A stretch of DNA of 64,000 nucleotides from a bacterium. Its GTDB lineage: Bacteria > SM23-31. The position numbers and the translations under genes were made by a program. The notes beneath the pieces were generated by a model. That model was given only the letters and a program-made list of their open reading frames with translations, was not told the origin of the DNA and searched no databases. Within the stretch, counting starts at the first letter, position 1. Each line of letters begins with the position of its first letter. The DNA lies in contig OZ252239.1 in the NCBI GenBank assembly GCA_965249485.1, positions 192,001 through 256,000 of the forward strand, in the 5' to 3' direction. Shown here one piece after another: positions 40,883 through 51,970 of this stretch.

Positions 40883-42465
40883 TATCGAGATTCTGTTGTT
40901 TCCGGTTCTGTAACGAACCTGATTTCTTTATCGTTGTCGTCTATACCGGTCCACCTGATCGGTTCGCCATACTCAATATGCCTGACGAGCCGATAAACCG
41001 ACGCTTCTGTCTTATCGAGAAAAACTTTCGGATAAATACCGATCCAGACAATAAAGACAACGACCGGAATTATCACGCACAATTCACGTAATGAGAGATC
41101 TTGTAACGCCGCTAGTTTTGTATTTGTAAGCGGACCGAGCATAAACCGCTGATACCATCGCAATAAATATACTGCGGCAAGAATAACTCCTGTGGTCGCA
41201 AGTACGACATAAAGCCAGTGGATATAACCAGACTGGTATGCGCCAAACAGGATAAGAAATTCACCAATAAATCCATTCAATCCCGGCAATCCGAGCGATG
41301 AAAGAATGACAATCATCAAAATTGCCGCATAGACAGGTACTTGTTTAGCGATCCCACCGTAATCGGCAATCATTCGCGTATGCGTCCGCTCATAAATCAT
41401 TCCGACCATAAGAAAGAGTGCCCCGGTTGATAATCCGTGATTGACCATCTGGATAATACCTCCCTGAACGCCCTGCATATTCATTGCAAATAGTCCAAGC
41501 ATCACGAATCCGAGATGGCTTACTGACGAATATGCTACTAATTTTTTCATGTCGGGCTGGACAAGCGCAACCATTGCACCATAGATAATGCCGATAACCG
41601 AAAGGCTTGCAGCAAGCGGAATAAACTGCTGCGCAGCATCCGGGAACAACGGAAGACAAAAGCGGACATAACCATACGTCCCCATTTTCAAGAGCACTCC
41701 CGCAAGGATAACACTGCCGGCTGTCGGTGCCTCGACATGTGCGTCGGGCAGCCATGTGTGAAACGGAAACAGTGGTACTTTTATTGCGAACGCCAGAGCA
41801 AATGCGGCAAACAACCAGAACTGGATCTCCGGTGCAATCGGACTCTGCAAAATACGTTCAATACTGAAGGTGGTGATAGCTGTTGACTGATAAGTGTGGT
41901 ACGACAGAAAAAGGATAGAAACAAGCATGAGCACCGATCCAAACATAGTATAGATAAAAAATTTCACTGCTGCATAAATTCGGCGTTCTCCACCCCAGAC
42001 CCCGATAATAAAATACATCGGGATGAGCATCAATTCCCAGAATACATAAAAGAGAAAAAAGTCGAGCGATATGAACACACCGAGCATGCCGGTCTGAAGC
42101 AACAGGACAAAAAACATAAACTCTTTGACATGCTTTTCGATTGCCTGCCACGTCGAAAGAATAACAATGGGCGCCAGAAAGGTCGTCAACATAAAGAGCA
42201 GGATCGATATACCGTCAAGCCCGATGTTGTAGGAAATACCGAGTTTGGGTATCCACTCCATCCGATCGACAAATTGCATCGACGATATATTGCCGTTAAA
42301 ATTAATAAAAACCGGCAGTGAGAGGAAAAAATCGAGCAGGACTGTCCAGAATGCGACCTGGCGAATTGTCTGTTTCCGTTCAGACGGAATCAACAGAATG
42401 ATCACCGCAGCAGCAAGCGGGATAAAGGTGATAACAGATAAAATATGTGACCAGTAGAAATTCAT
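40882..42465 (-). CDS. nuoM: NADH-quinone oxidoreductase subunit M
   Basis: FWELMLIP, KVPLFPFHTWLPDAHVEAP, LLKMGTYG. Confidence 0.96.
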   Translation of the reverse strand: MNFYWSHILSVITFIPLAAAVIILLIPSERKQTIRQVAFWTVLLDFFLSLPVFINFNGNISSMQFVDRMEWIPKLGISYNIGLDGISILLFMLTTFLAPIVILSTWQAIEKHVKEFMFFVLLLQTGMLGVFISLDFFLFYVFWELMLIPMYFIIGVWGGERRIYAAVKFFIYTMFGSVLMLVSILFLSYHTYQSTAITTFSIERILQSPIAPEIQFWLFAAFALAFAIKVPLFPFHTWLPDAHVEAPTAGSVILAGVLLKMGTYGYVRFCLPLFPDAAQQFIPLAASLSVIGIIYGAMVALVQPDMKKLVAYSSVSHLGFVMLGLFAMNMQGVQGGIIQMVNHGLSTGALFLMVGMIYERTHTRMIADYGGIAKQVPVYAAILMIVILSSLGLPGLNGFIGEFLILFGAYQSGYIHWLYVVLATTGVILAAVYLLRWYQRFMLGPLTNTKLAALQDLSLRELCVIIPVVVFIVWIGIYPKVFLDKTEASVYRLVRHIEYGEPIRWTGIDDNDKEIRFVTEPETTESR

Positions 42466-42489
42466 AGAATAATCCGGGCTCTTTTCATC

Positions 42490-44415
42490 TTATCCAAACA
42501 ACACATAACCGAAAATGAATATTGAGCCAAGTACAAAAATAACGAGATATTCCTGTGTATAGCCAGACTGTACCTTCCGCATTACACCCCCCACTTCGCG
42601 AAACGTGCGTGCAGTCCCATTGACCAGTCCGTCGACAATTTTAACATCAAAATATTTCCAAAGTATTTCTGATAAATTCATAAAAGGCTTTAAGACAATC
42701 ATCTGATAAATCTCATCAACATAATACTTATTCAGCACGACTCGGTAGAAAACTCCCGCTTTGCGTGCGAACCGTTCGGGGAGTTCCGGCTTCTGCATAT
42801 AGAGTCTGTACGCTAAATATACCCCTCCCGCCGCAATGATAATCGCCGATAACATCAGAATATACTCGATCGGACCGTGGTGAGCGGCTCCGCCACTCTG
42901 AATAACCTTTTGCGCTCCTGAAAACACCGGGTCGAGAAAATGTTCGAAATGGTTTCCCCCACCGAGTGACTGTGGTATACCAATCCAGCCAGCAATCACG
43001 GACAAACCTGCAAGAATGATCAAGGGAATTGTCATAACATTAGGTGACTCGTGGAGATGTTCGGCCGCTTCTTTTGTTACACGGGACTCCCCGAAAAACG
43101 TAAGAAAAAGTAGACGGAACATGTAAAAAGCTGTAATTCCCGCGGCAGCTGCACCTATTACCCAAAATAGTGTATCCCCCCGAGGGCTAGAAAACGCATA
43201 CCAGAGAATCTCATCCTTACTGAAAAATCCTGAAAGGAGTGGCACACCGCTGATCGCGAGTGTTGCTATCAGCATGGTCATATAAGTTTTCGGTAAATGG
43301 TTCTTCAGTCCGCCCATTTTCTGCATATCCTGCTCACCGGAGAGTGCATGGATAACACTGCCTGACCCCAAAAAGAGGAGCGCTTTGAAAAATGCGTGTG
43401 TCATCAGATGAAAAATTCCGGCGGCAAACGCACCAACACCGACTGCAAGAAACATATAGCCAAGCTGGCTGATAGTTGAGTAAGCGAGTACTTTTTTTAT
43501 GTCATTTTGGGCTAGGCCGATGGTTGCCGCAAATATTGCGGTCAGAGCACCTACAGACGCAACAACCATCATTGCGGTCGGAGCCAATGCATAGAGTATA
43601 CTGCTCCGCGCAACCATATAGACACCTGCCGTTACCATTGTTGCGGCATGAATGAGTGCACTCACCGGTGTGGGGCCAGCCATTGCATCGGGCAGCCACA
43701 CGAAGAGCGGGATCTGTGCTGATTTTCCGACTGCGCCCACAAAGAGAAGGAGTGTTATTGCAATCAGAGCAGGATCATTCAGCAGACCGGATGTTTCGGC
43801 ACGGCTGAACACCTCGCTGTAACTGAGACTGCCAAATACGCTGAAAATCATGAACATACCGAGCAGAAATCCGAAATCGCCGATACGGTTCACAATAAAT
43901 GCTTTTTTCCCGGCACTGGCTTTTTCGTTATCCTCATACCAGAATCCGATCAGCAGATAGGAACACAGTCCGACACCTTCCCATCCGATAAACATGAGCG
44001 GATAGCTGTCACCGAGAACGAGAATGAGCATCATAAGCACAAACAGATTCAGATAGGTGAAATAACGGGAATATCCCTTGTCACCGTGCATATAACCGAT
44101 GGAATAAATATGGATCAGGAAACTAACTCCCGACACGATTAATGCCATCACAGCCGACAGCTGATCGAACATTAGAGAAAACTCGATTTTGAATGCACCC
44201 GAATCGATCCAGGTGAATATCTCATGTTGGATAAGCCTATTTTCCACCGGGAGCGCGAGAAGCCGCATAAAAAAGTAACAGACAAACACAAATGATAAAC
44301 CTATTGCGCCACAACCGACAAATGATACTATTTTGTCAGGCAGCCGCTTGCCTATAAAGCCGTTTATCACTACGCCGATAATCGGGAAAAGTAATATGTA
44401 CCCTAAATAATCCAC
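42490..44415 (-). CDS. nuoL: NADH-quinone oxidoreductase subunit L
   Basis: GWEGVG, KSAQIPL..WLPDAMAGPTPVSALIHAATMV. Confidence 0.96.
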   Translation of the reverse strand: MDYLGYILLFPIIGVVINGFIGKRLPDKIVSFVGCGAIGLSFVFVCYFFMRLLALPVENRLIQHEIFTWIDSGAFKIEFSLMFDQLSAVMALIVSGVSFLIHIYSIGYMHGDKGYSRYFTYLNLFVLMMLILVLGDSYPLMFIGWEGVGLCSYLLIGFWYEDNEKASAGKKAFIVNRIGDFGFLLGMFMIFSVFGSLSYSEVFSRAETSGLLNDPALIAITLLLFVGAVGKSAQIPLFVWLPDAMAGPTPVSALIHAATMVTAGVYMVARSSILYALAPTAMMVVASVGALTAIFAATIGLAQNDIKKVLAYSTISQLGYMFLAVGVGAFAAGIFHLMTHAFFKALLFLGSGSVIHALSGEQDMQKMGGLKNHLPKTYMTMLIATLAISGVPLLSGFFSKDEILWYAFSSPRGDTLFWVIGAAAAGITAFYMFRLLFLTFFGESRVTKEAAEHLHESPNVMTIPLIILAGLSVIAGWIGIPQSLGGGNHFEHFLDPVFSGAQKVIQSGGAAHHGPIEYILMLSAIIIAAGGVYLAYRLYMQKPELPERFARKAGVFYRVVLNKYYVDEIYQMIVLKPFMNLSEILWKYFDVKIVDGLVNGTARTFREVGGVMRKVQSGYTQEYLVIFVLGSIFIFGYVLFG

Positions 44416-44458
44416 TCAATTCCTGTTAGATTCATAAAATAATTTGTACTCTTATTGA

Positions 44459-44764
44459 CTACCACTTCATGAGATTCAGGTCTTCTATGCGCGCGCTCTT
44501 TTTTATTCGGAATATCGCAATAATGAGCGCAAGCCCGACGACAACTTCTGCTGCGGCAACAACCATAACCATAAAAACAAATATCTGCCCGTCCAGCGAT
44601 TGCAGATGTGCGGAAAATGCTACAAAAACGATATTTACAGCGTTGAGCATCAGCTCAATCGACATAAACACGACAATCGCATTACGCTTGACAATCACCC
44701 CGAGAATACCAATGGTAAAAAGTATGCCACTGAGCAGTAAATAATATGGTAACGGTATCGTCAT
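44459..44764 (-). CDS. nuoK: NADH-quinone oxidoreductase subunit K
   Basis: [22 protein letters not shown]. Confidence 0.95.
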   Translation of the reverse strand: MTIPLPYYLLLSGILFTIGILGVIVKRNAIVVFMSIELMLNAVNIVFVAFSAHLQSLDGQIFVFMVMVVAAAEVVVGLALIIAIFRIKKSARIEDLNLMKW

Positions 44765-44768
44765 AGTA

Positions 44769-45281
44769 TTAGTTGAGATTCCTTTTTGCAAGAATTACTG
44801 CTCCAATAATCGCCACGATCAGGAGAACAGAGGTGATTTCAAACGGGAGCAGAAAATTAGTAAACAACAGTTTGCCGACAAGCTTTGTGTTACCTTCCTG
44901 TGCGATTATATCGGCAGTAGCATCTCCGGATATACCGATAGAAGAACCCTTATTTATAAGATAGAACACTTCAATAAGAAAGAAGAGCGCCGCGCCGCAT
45001 CCGAGGACTTTTAACGGCATCAGTTTTTCAAACTTTCCCGCAAGCGCTTTGAGATTCAGGAGCATAACAACAAAGAGAAAGAGTACCATGATTGCCCCCG
45101 CGTACACCATTATCTGTATTGCAGCGAGGAAATGGGCATTCATCAGCACGAAGAGTCCCGCGACGCAAAACAGCGTCAGAATCAGGTAAAGCGCACTGTG
45201 TACCGGATTTCTGCTTACGACGACCATGAGGCCAGCAAGCACAGCACAGATACCAAATGCAAAGAAAAAAAGATATTCCAT
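44769..45281 (-). CDS. nuoJ: NADH-quinone oxidoreductase subunit J
   Basis: [30 protein letters not shown]. Confidence 0.95.
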   Translation of the reverse strand: MEYLFFFAFGICAVLAGLMVVVSRNPVHSALYLILTLFCVAGLFVLMNAHFLAAIQIMVYAGAIMVLFLFVVMLLNLKALAGKFEKLMPLKVLGCGAALFFLIEVFYLINKGSSIGISGDATADIIAQEGNTKLVGKLLFTNFLLPFEITSVLLIVAIIGAVILAKRNLN

Positions 45282-45363
45282 AACATTACCACTATGGTGT
45301 AACTACAGCATTCCTCTTTATTTGCAGAGGGGTAAATACGTCACACTTTTCTTTATCATTTTC

Positions 45364-46407
45364 TTATGCGACAAGCGCAACAACAATTCCCGAAACAAGT
45401 GCGTTGATTATCGCAAGCGGCAGAAGGATTTTCCAACCGATTGCCATTAATTGATTATATTTGAATCTGGGTAATGTCCAGCGCACCCAGATAAAAACAA
45501 CAATAAAAAATATTGTCTTTGCAGTAAATGCCAGGATTTGGAGTAATTGCAGCAGCCCATCCGGCATCGGTATATTTTCGATCCACGGCAAATGCCATCC
45601 CCCGAGAAAGAGAGTCGAAATCAATGCTGACATCGTGACCAGATTCATATATTCCGCAAGCAGGAACAGGGAAAATTTCATGCTGCTGTACTCGGTATGA
45701 TACCCGGCCACCAGTTCCTGCTCAGCTTCCGCCAAGTCGAACGGCAGACGGTTTGTCTCAGCAAAAGCGGCCGTTACAAACAGAAAAAATGCAAGAGGAT
45801 GGAGAAATAGATTCCATCCGGGAATAATTCCAAAGTACATTGTGTGCTGTTGGATAACAATATCGGGTAATTTCAGTGATCCAGCCGCAAGTACCAGCCC
45901 AATTACCGACATACCGAGTGTTAATTCGTAGCTGATCATCTGTGCCGAAGCACGGAGACCTCCGAAAAGAGAATATTTATTATTCGATGCCCATGCTCCG
46001 AGCACGATTCCGTAGACGCCGAGTGAAGAAATTGCAAAAATATAGAGAATACCGAAATCCAGGTTTGCGATCTGAAACACTATTTCCCGTCCTGCTATGA
46101 CAATTCTGTCTCCGAAAGGGATAACACCGAAGAGGAGAAAAGCAGGGATAAGAATAATTGCCGGAGCAAGTACAAAAACAACTTTATCACCACGTCCAAT
46201 AATGAGATCTTCTTTAAATATGAGTTTAAAGAGGTCAGCCAGTGGCTGCAGTAGTCCCTGTGGCCCGACCCGATTCGGACCGAGACGGTCCTGAATAAAT
46301 CCGGAGAACCGCCGTTCCGCAAGGATCGACAAAGCAGCGCCGGTCATTAATACGCCGACAACCACTGCTACTTTTGCTATTGCAATTATGAGATCTACCG
46401 TTTCCAT
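45364..46407 (-). CDS. nuoH: NADH-quinone oxidoreductase subunit H
   Basis: QDRLGPNRVG, AQMISYE, ETNRLPFDLAEAEQEL. Confidence 0.96.
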   Translation of the reverse strand: METVDLIIAIAKVAVVVGVLMTGAALSILAERRFSGFIQDRLGPNRVGPQGLLQPLADLFKLIFKEDLIIGRGDKVVFVLAPAIILIPAFLLFGVIPFGDRIVIAGREIVFQIANLDFGILYIFAISSLGVYGIVLGAWASNNKYSLFGGLRASAQMISYELTLGMSVIGLVLAAGSLKLPDIVIQQHTMYFGIIPGWNLFLHPLAFFLFVTAAFAETNRLPFDLAEAEQELVAGYHTEYSSMKFSLFLLAEYMNLVTMSALISTLFLGGWHLPWIENIPMPDGLLQLLQILAFTAKTIFFIVVFIWVRWTLPRFKYNQLMAIGWKILLPLAIINALVSGIVVALVA

Positions 46408-46484
46408 AATTATTACATCAAAACTCTCAGTAAAACTTTAAGCATCGTTATTAATCTAGGTTGAAGACAAAATATTAAAAGTGC

Positions 46485-48092
46485 TCAATCTACAGATTCA
46501 CCAATTCTTTCTCGCTCAAATAGGAGTTTGCCAGCTTTGTCAATCTTGAAATGTGATAATCCTTCAAGTTCAGGATATTGTTTAGCCATTTTCAGAAACA
46601 CTTCGCTTTCCGAGAACCATTGGAGCTGCTGTTTCTGAAGAGCGGCCAATTGCTTTACGATGTTCCAAGTTGCCCTGGTACCTTCCGGTGCATTGATGGC
46701 CTGCTGAACAACCTGAAGCCTTTTTTGGAAATTGACGAATGTCCCCGATTTTTCGTAATATTTTCTTCCCGGCAGTACGACATCGGCAATCTGAGCGAGC
46801 GGCGACATAACAATATCTTCGACCACTAAAAACGGTACAGCTCTCAGGATCTCCATTGTCCTTGCAGGTACTGTGCTCGTGTCGTTATGTATGTAATATA
46901 CCATTTTTATGTCGCCTGACTCTATCAGCCTGAGCACAGATTCACCGTTATAATCAAACTCGTCCAGTCCAAGCAGGAATTTCAGGCCTTCCTGATTCGG
47001 AAGTTTATCCCCCTTAATAACAAATCCACCTTTGAATTCCTGATCCTCAACCGATGGTAATTGAAACACTCCGGTAGCTACCGAGGAATTAGCAGTGTAT
47101 TTCAGCAACTCCATAATCACATACGCATCTTCATTCGGTGCACCGGGAGAGATTAGCCCGGCAACCGAATCTTTTGTTTTCTGAACATTACGTATACCAT
47201 CGACGACTGCCTGAAGCGCTTCATCCCACGAAGTATCCACAAGCGACTCGTTTTCTCTGATATGGGGAATCGTCATGCGGTTCAGAGCAGAATATCTTTT
47301 ATGCGCGTATCTGCCAGTATCACAAATCCAATCGCCATTCACGTCGGCGTTGACTCTCGGTACAATCCTGAAAATATCATCATGAAATGAATCAATCGAG
47401 ATATTACAACCAGCACTACACTCACCACAGACAGAAGGAGTTCTGGACAAGTGCCAAACTCTGGTCTTATGGATAAAGTTTTTGTCAAGCAGAGCACCGA
47501 CCGGACATATATCGACAACGTTTCCGGCAAGAGGGTGATCGAGTTCCTGTCCAATTCCTATCGCAATCTCATTATGCGATCCCCGGTTAATTACACTGAG
47601 CTGAGCATCTCCTGCAATTTCATCCATAAACCGGACACACCGTGAACAGAGGATACACCGGGTTGTGGCAAGTTTGATGTTGTCACCGAAATCTTTAAAC
47701 GGAGGAACACGCTTCGGCTCATCAAATCTGCTATGTCCGGTACCGTGTTCAAATGAGTAGTTCTGAAGATGGCATTCTCCCGCTTTGTCGCACTCAGGGC
47801 AATCGATCGGATGGTTCAGAAGTAAAAATTCCAGAACATCTTTCCGAGCCTTCTCAACTCTTTCAGATTTTGTATGGACGACCATACCATCACCAACCGG
47901 CGATCCACAAGCTATCATTAACCTCGGAACACCTTCGACCTCTATGAGACAAAGGCGGCAGCTTCCCGCTATTGACAAAGCAGAATGGTAGCAATAGTGC
48001 GGGATGTCAATACCGAGTTTCTCAGCGGCCTGAATTATTGTGGTACCACGTTCGACCGCTATTTCTTTTTTATCTATTGTAACGGTAATCAT
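46485..48092 (-). CDS. nuoG: NADH-quinone oxidoreductase subunit G (short form, about 535 aa)
   Basis: Cys motifs for N1b, N5 (HPIDCPECD), N4 (CILCSRC...CPVGAL) and N7 (CGECSAGC...C); start moved to ATG 48092. Confidence 0.92.
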   Translation of the reverse strand: MITVTIDKKEIAVERGTTIIQAAEKLGIDIPHYCYHSALSIAGSCRLCLIEVEGVPRLMIACGSPVGDGMVVHTKSERVEKARKDVLEFLLLNHPIDCPECDKAGECHLQNYSFEHGTGHSRFDEPKRVPPFKDFGDNIKLATTRCILCSRCVRFMDEIAGDAQLSVINRGSHNEIAIGIGQELDHPLAGNVVDICPVGALLDKNFIHKTRVWHLSRTPSVCGECSAGCNISIDSFHDDIFRIVPRVNADVNGDWICDTGRYAHKRYSALNRMTIPHIRENESLVDTSWDEALQAVVDGIRNVQKTKDSVAGLISPGAPNEDAYVIMELLKYTANSSVATGVFQLPSVEDQEFKGGFVIKGDKLPNQEGLKFLLGLDEFDYNGESVLRLIESGDIKMVYYIHNDTSTVPARTMEILRAVPFLVVEDIVMSPLAQIADVVLPGRKYYEKSGTFVNFQKRLQVVQQAINAPEGTRATWNIVKQLAALQKQQLQWFSESEVFLKMAKQYPELEGLSHFKIDKAGKLLFERERIGESVD

Positions 48093-48154
48093 TTTATTGC
48101 TTTTCGACAAGTTCGTTGCAAGTTCGTTGAATGAATAAACATTTGGATTGCAAT

Positions 48155-48198
48155 GTCTCGACTCGCACCCATCTTTGGGAGCTACGCTCGACATGACA
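48155..48198. repeat. REP-like palindromic element between nuoF and nuoG
   Basis: GTCTCGACTCGC-ACCCATCTTTGGGA-GCTACGCTCGACATGACA. Confidence 0.45.
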
Positions 48199-48238
48199 TT
48201 AATAATCAGTAATCAATAACGACATTCTTCAATAACAA

Positions 48239-49510
48239 TCATGCGGCGACAGTACACTTTTTTTCAAGAATGTGCGCTTCGAATTCGCTTCTGAATTTTG
48301 TTGCGAACGCACGTACAGGCCACGAACCTGCTTCACCGAATGCACAGATGGTACGCCCTTCGATATTGTTTGTGATCTCAAGGAGCATATCGACATCACC
48401 TTCATTACCTTTGCCATGTTCAATTCTATCGAGAATCATTTTCATCCAGGGCATACCCTCTCTACACGGGGTACATTGACCGCACGATTCGTGCGCAAAA
48501 AATTTCGACAGGTTCAAACATGCGTTGACCATACAAACTGTTTCATCCATGACCATGACGCCAGCTGATCCGAGATGTGACCCAACCTTGGGAAGCGAAT
48601 CATAATCCATATTCACATCAATTTCGTCTGCGGTCAACACCGGCATAGACGCTCCACCGGGAATGACAGCCTTTAGCTTTTTGTCATCTTTAATTCCGCC
48701 AGCATGCTTATAAATCAACTCACGCAGTGAGATTCCCATTGGGAATTCGAAGAGTCCCGGCTTTTTAACGTGGCCGCTGACACAGTAAATTTTCGTTCCG
48801 GCACCTCGTTCAACACCGATTGCGGAAAATGCCGCCGCTCCATTATTAATTATGAATGGCACATTTGATAACGTTTCGACGTTGTTTACAACAGTTGGAC
48901 TTCCGAATACACCTTCCACTGCGGGAAAGGGCGGTTTGGTACGGGGCCAGCCGCGTTTGCCTTCAAGCGACTCTATCAGACCGGTTTCCTCACCACAAAT
49001 ATATGCACCGGCACCGCGATGAACATAGATTCTGAGATTGAAACCGGAACCGAGAATATTATCTCCCAGCAGTCCGGCATCCTCTGCCTCTTTGATTGCA
49101 TGCCCAAGAATTAGTGCTTCGTGGTAAAACTCCCCACGTATATATATATATGAAATATTCGACTTTATGGCGTAGGCAGCAATCATCATCCCTTCGAGTG
49201 TGAGATGAGGATCGCGCGTCATGATTGCTCTATCTTTAAATGTTCCCGGTTCGCTCTCATCTGCATTATTGATAAGATAGCGGGCTTTCGGCGTGTCTTT
49301 CGGGACAAATCCCCATTTCATCCCACAGGGAAATCCCGCACCGCCTCTGCCTCGCAACCCGGAGTTCTTTACCTCTTCGATTACATCGTCACTTGACATC
49401 TCTTTGAGCACTTTTGTAAAAGCGGTATATCCCCCAGCAGTACGGTAGTCACCGATGTTACCAGTGTATCCGGGAATATCCATATTTTTCATGAGGATTT
49501 TATCAGCCAT
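48239..49510 (-). CDS. nuoF: NADH-quinone oxidoreductase subunit F
   Basis: GLRGRGGAGF, NADESEPGTFKDR, GAYICGEET, ESCGQCTPCREG. Confidence 0.97.
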   Translation of the reverse strand: MADKILMKNMDIPGYTGNIGDYRTAGGYTAFTKVLKEMSSDDVIEEVKNSGLRGRGGAGFPCGMKWGFVPKDTPKARYLINNADESEPGTFKDRAIMTRDPHLTLEGMMIAAYAIKSNISYIYIRGEFYHEALILGHAIKEAEDAGLLGDNILGSGFNLRIYVHRGAGAYICGEETGLIESLEGKRGWPRTKPPFPAVEGVFGSPTVVNNVETLSNVPFIINNGAAAFSAIGVERGAGTKIYCVSGHVKKPGLFEFPMGISLRELIYKHAGGIKDDKKLKAVIPGGASMPVLTADEIDVNMDYDSLPKVGSHLGSAGVMVMDETVCMVNACLNLSKFFAHESCGQCTPCREGMPWMKMILDRIEHGKGNEGDVDMLLEITNNIEGRTICAFGEAGSWPVRAFATKFRSEFEAHILEKKCTVAA

Positions 49511-49628
49511 ACTCACTATTGCTCTATTTTCATAAATGACCAACTTTGACATTCAAGATACTGAAATAAATTCAGTATGACATGAACAGTTAATAACTGT
49601 GCATAATAGTATGATTTAATACCACACG

Positions 49629-50111
49629 TTATCTCTGATTTGCGAGTTTGTCGATTACTTCGTCAAATTTTTCAGGAGTCATATTTTCATAATAATCGTC
49701 ATTGATACGAACAATGGGTGCTGTACCGCATGCTCCAAGACATTCGACTTTAATCAGTGAGAATTTATTATTCACTGTTGTTTCTCCGGGACCTATACCA
49801 AGTTTCTGCTCAATGTGATCCACTAATGAAGCCGCCCCAATCAGTGAACATGACAGCGTATGACACACTTGAATAACATACCTGCCCATTTCCTTGCGGT
49901 AGAACATGGTGTAAAACGTTACAACATCGTACATCTCTGCGGGAGTCAGTTCAAGGAGTTCGGCAATGTAGTCGACCATTTCATCCGAAACATACCCGAA
50001 ATCCCGTTGTGCAAGATAGAGTGTAGGTATCGATGCTGCCCGTTTTGACGGATACCGGGACAGGATATCTTCAAGTTCGATAAGTGTTTCTTGTGAGAAT
50101 GCAACAGCCAT
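49629..50111 (-). CDS. nuoE: NADH-quinone oxidoreductase subunit E
   Basis: VTFYTMF, C-x4-C...CLGAC..AP 2Fe-2S motif. Confidence 0.95.
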   Translation of the reverse strand: MAVAFSQETLIELEDILSRYPSKRAASIPTLYLAQRDFGYVSDEMVDYIAELLELTPAEMYDVVTFYTMFYRKEMGRYVIQVCHTLSCSLIGAASLVDHIEQKLGIGPGETTVNNKFSLIKVECLGACGTAPIVRINDDYYENMTPEKFDEVIDKLANQR

Positions 50112-50130
50112 ATAGAGTGTAAATTAAAAT

Positions 50131-51345
50131 TTATCGGTCTAATTCGCCAGCGATAATATTTAGGCTCCCCAGCACCGCAACGGCATCGGAAAGCATTTTT
50201 CCTTCGAGCATCATCGAAAATACTTGAAAATTCATCAGGCTCGGAGGTCTGACACGGAGACGGTACGGATGGTTTGAACCATCGCTCACGATATAAAACC
50301 CGAGCTCACCGTTCGGTGATTCGGTAGCCATATAAATTTCACCGACCGGAGGACGTATTCCTTTATGTTCCATTGTTATCATAAAATGATGGATAAGCTC
50401 TTCAATGTTTTTATACACATCATCTTTTTCCGGTAGAATTGTTTTAGGATCATCTATATTGATTTTTCCTTCGGGCAGGTTGTCGATAACTTGTTTCACA
50501 ATTTTCAGCGATTCTTCCAACTCAATCATCCTTACCCAAAACCGGTCATAGGCATCGCCTTTATCACCGACGGGAATGTCGAATTCCAAATCTTCATAGC
50601 AGAGGTACGGTTCGTTTTTCCTCAAATCCCAGGGAACACCTGAACCGCGGAGACAGGGGCCTGTTAATCCATGATTTATCGCCTCCTCACCGTCAATGAC
50701 TCCAATTCCTCTCGTCCTGCCGATAAATATCTTATTTTTTGACAACAGCGTGTCAACCTCTTTGATGACTTTGGGAAATTGGCTGATAAACGATTTGATC
50801 TCAGGGAAAAATTCATCCGGCAGGTCCCGCATCATACCCCCGACACGGGTGTAGCTCGTGGTTAGCCGGGTACCGCATGCAATTTTAAAGAGATCATAAA
50901 GCCGTTCTCTTTGTTCAAATAAATAGAGAAATGCAGTAAAAGCGCCGAGATCGAGCGCCGCAGTACCGATACTGACAAGGTGATCGGCAATACGCGAGAG
51001 CTCCGACATTAGCACACGAACAGCCACACACCGTTTGGTTATTTCTATATCGAAGAGTTTTTCACACGCTAGCGCAAATCCGATGTTGTTGTTGAGTGGA
51101 GAAAGATAATTCAACCTGTCGGACAGTGCAATGAACTGGTTGTAATTCAGATGCTCCGCTAATTTTTCAAAACCGGTATGGAGATAGCCGACGTGAGGAA
51201 TTGCCTTGATAACTGTTTCGCCGTCGAGCACCATTTCTATCCGAAGCGTACCATGGGTCGCAGGATGCTGTGGTCCCATATTGAGTGTTACCCGGTCAGT
51301 CTCAAGACCACTCAGTTCGGAGTTTCCTACCTGTGTTTCCAGCAT
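50131..51345 (-). CDS. nuoD: NADH-quinone oxidoreductase subunit D
   Basis: NMGPQHPATHGTLR, GYLHTGFEK, ESPNGELG, GELDR. Confidence 0.96.
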   Translation of the reverse strand: MLETQVGNSELSGLETDRVTLNMGPQHPATHGTLRIEMVLDGETVIKAIPHVGYLHTGFEKLAEHLNYNQFIALSDRLNYLSPLNNNIGFALACEKLFDIEITKRCVAVRVLMSELSRIADHLVSIGTAALDLGAFTAFLYLFEQRERLYDLFKIACGTRLTTSYTRVGGMMRDLPDEFFPEIKSFISQFPKVIKEVDTLLSKNKIFIGRTRGIGVIDGEEAINHGLTGPCLRGSGVPWDLRKNEPYLCYEDLEFDIPVGDKGDAYDRFWVRMIELEESLKIVKQVIDNLPEGKINIDDPKTILPEKDDVYKNIEELIHHFMITMEHKGIRPPVGEIYMATESPNGELGFYIVSDGSNHPYRLRVRPPSLMNFQVFSMMLEGKMLSDAVAVLGSLNIIAGELDR

Positions 51346-51411
51346 TATCTATCTCAATTATAAGATCTTTTGCATATATCGATTAGGTATTCTCAAGTAT
51401 ACGAATTAAAT

Positions 51412-51918
51412 TTAATCGTTCTTGAGGTCAGGAAAATTACTTCTGTACCCTTCCCCTTGGACAGGGTAGTCCTTTCTAAGAGGAAAACCAGAGAAATCGT
51501 CCGGCAGGAGTAGTTTTCTCGGATCGGGATGTCCGGTAAATGACAGACCGAATAACTCAGCTGCTTCACGTTCCATCCAGTTGGCGGTCTTCCACAACGG
51601 CACCATAGTAGGAATGTTCATATCGTCTTCAGGAATCCATGCTTTTACCCGCAATCGGCGGAAATAGGTGTGAGAATAGAGATGATATACAACGACAAAC
51701 CGTTCATCACCGCCCACCTTCAGACAATCCACCACAGTAATATCAACAAGATAATCGAAAACGGAATCGTTCGTTTTTTTGAGATACTGCATGATTTCAA
51801 AGATTTCAGTTTTTTTTACGTGAACAGTAGTTTCACCGCAAAATTCTTCACTACGTAGAAAAGAGTCTGGGAACTGGCTGGCGAGCTTAGTTATGAATGT
51901 GTATTCTTCTTCCGGCAT
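51412..51918 (-). CDS. nuoC: NADH-quinone oxidoreductase subunit C
   Basis: ANWMERE...FG..F.GHPD.R, PLRKDYP. Confidence 0.95.
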   Translation of the reverse strand: MPEEEYTFITKLASQFPDSFLRSEEFCGETTVHVKKTEIFEIMQYLKKTNDSVFDYLVDITVVDCLKVGGDERFVVVYHLYSHTYFRRLRVKAWIPEDDMNIPTMVPLWKTANWMEREAAELFGLSFTGHPDPRKLLLPDDFSGFPLRKDYPVQGEGYRSNFPDLKND

Positions 51919-51970
51919 ATCGGTTCAAAACATTATTTTTTCACACAAGCAGGTAAACAGGCGGGGGAAA

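Noticed and set aside
48093..48194. Cys-containing N-terminal extension of NuoG
   Set aside because: It is read through a REP-like intergenic element; NuoG homology starts at MITVTID
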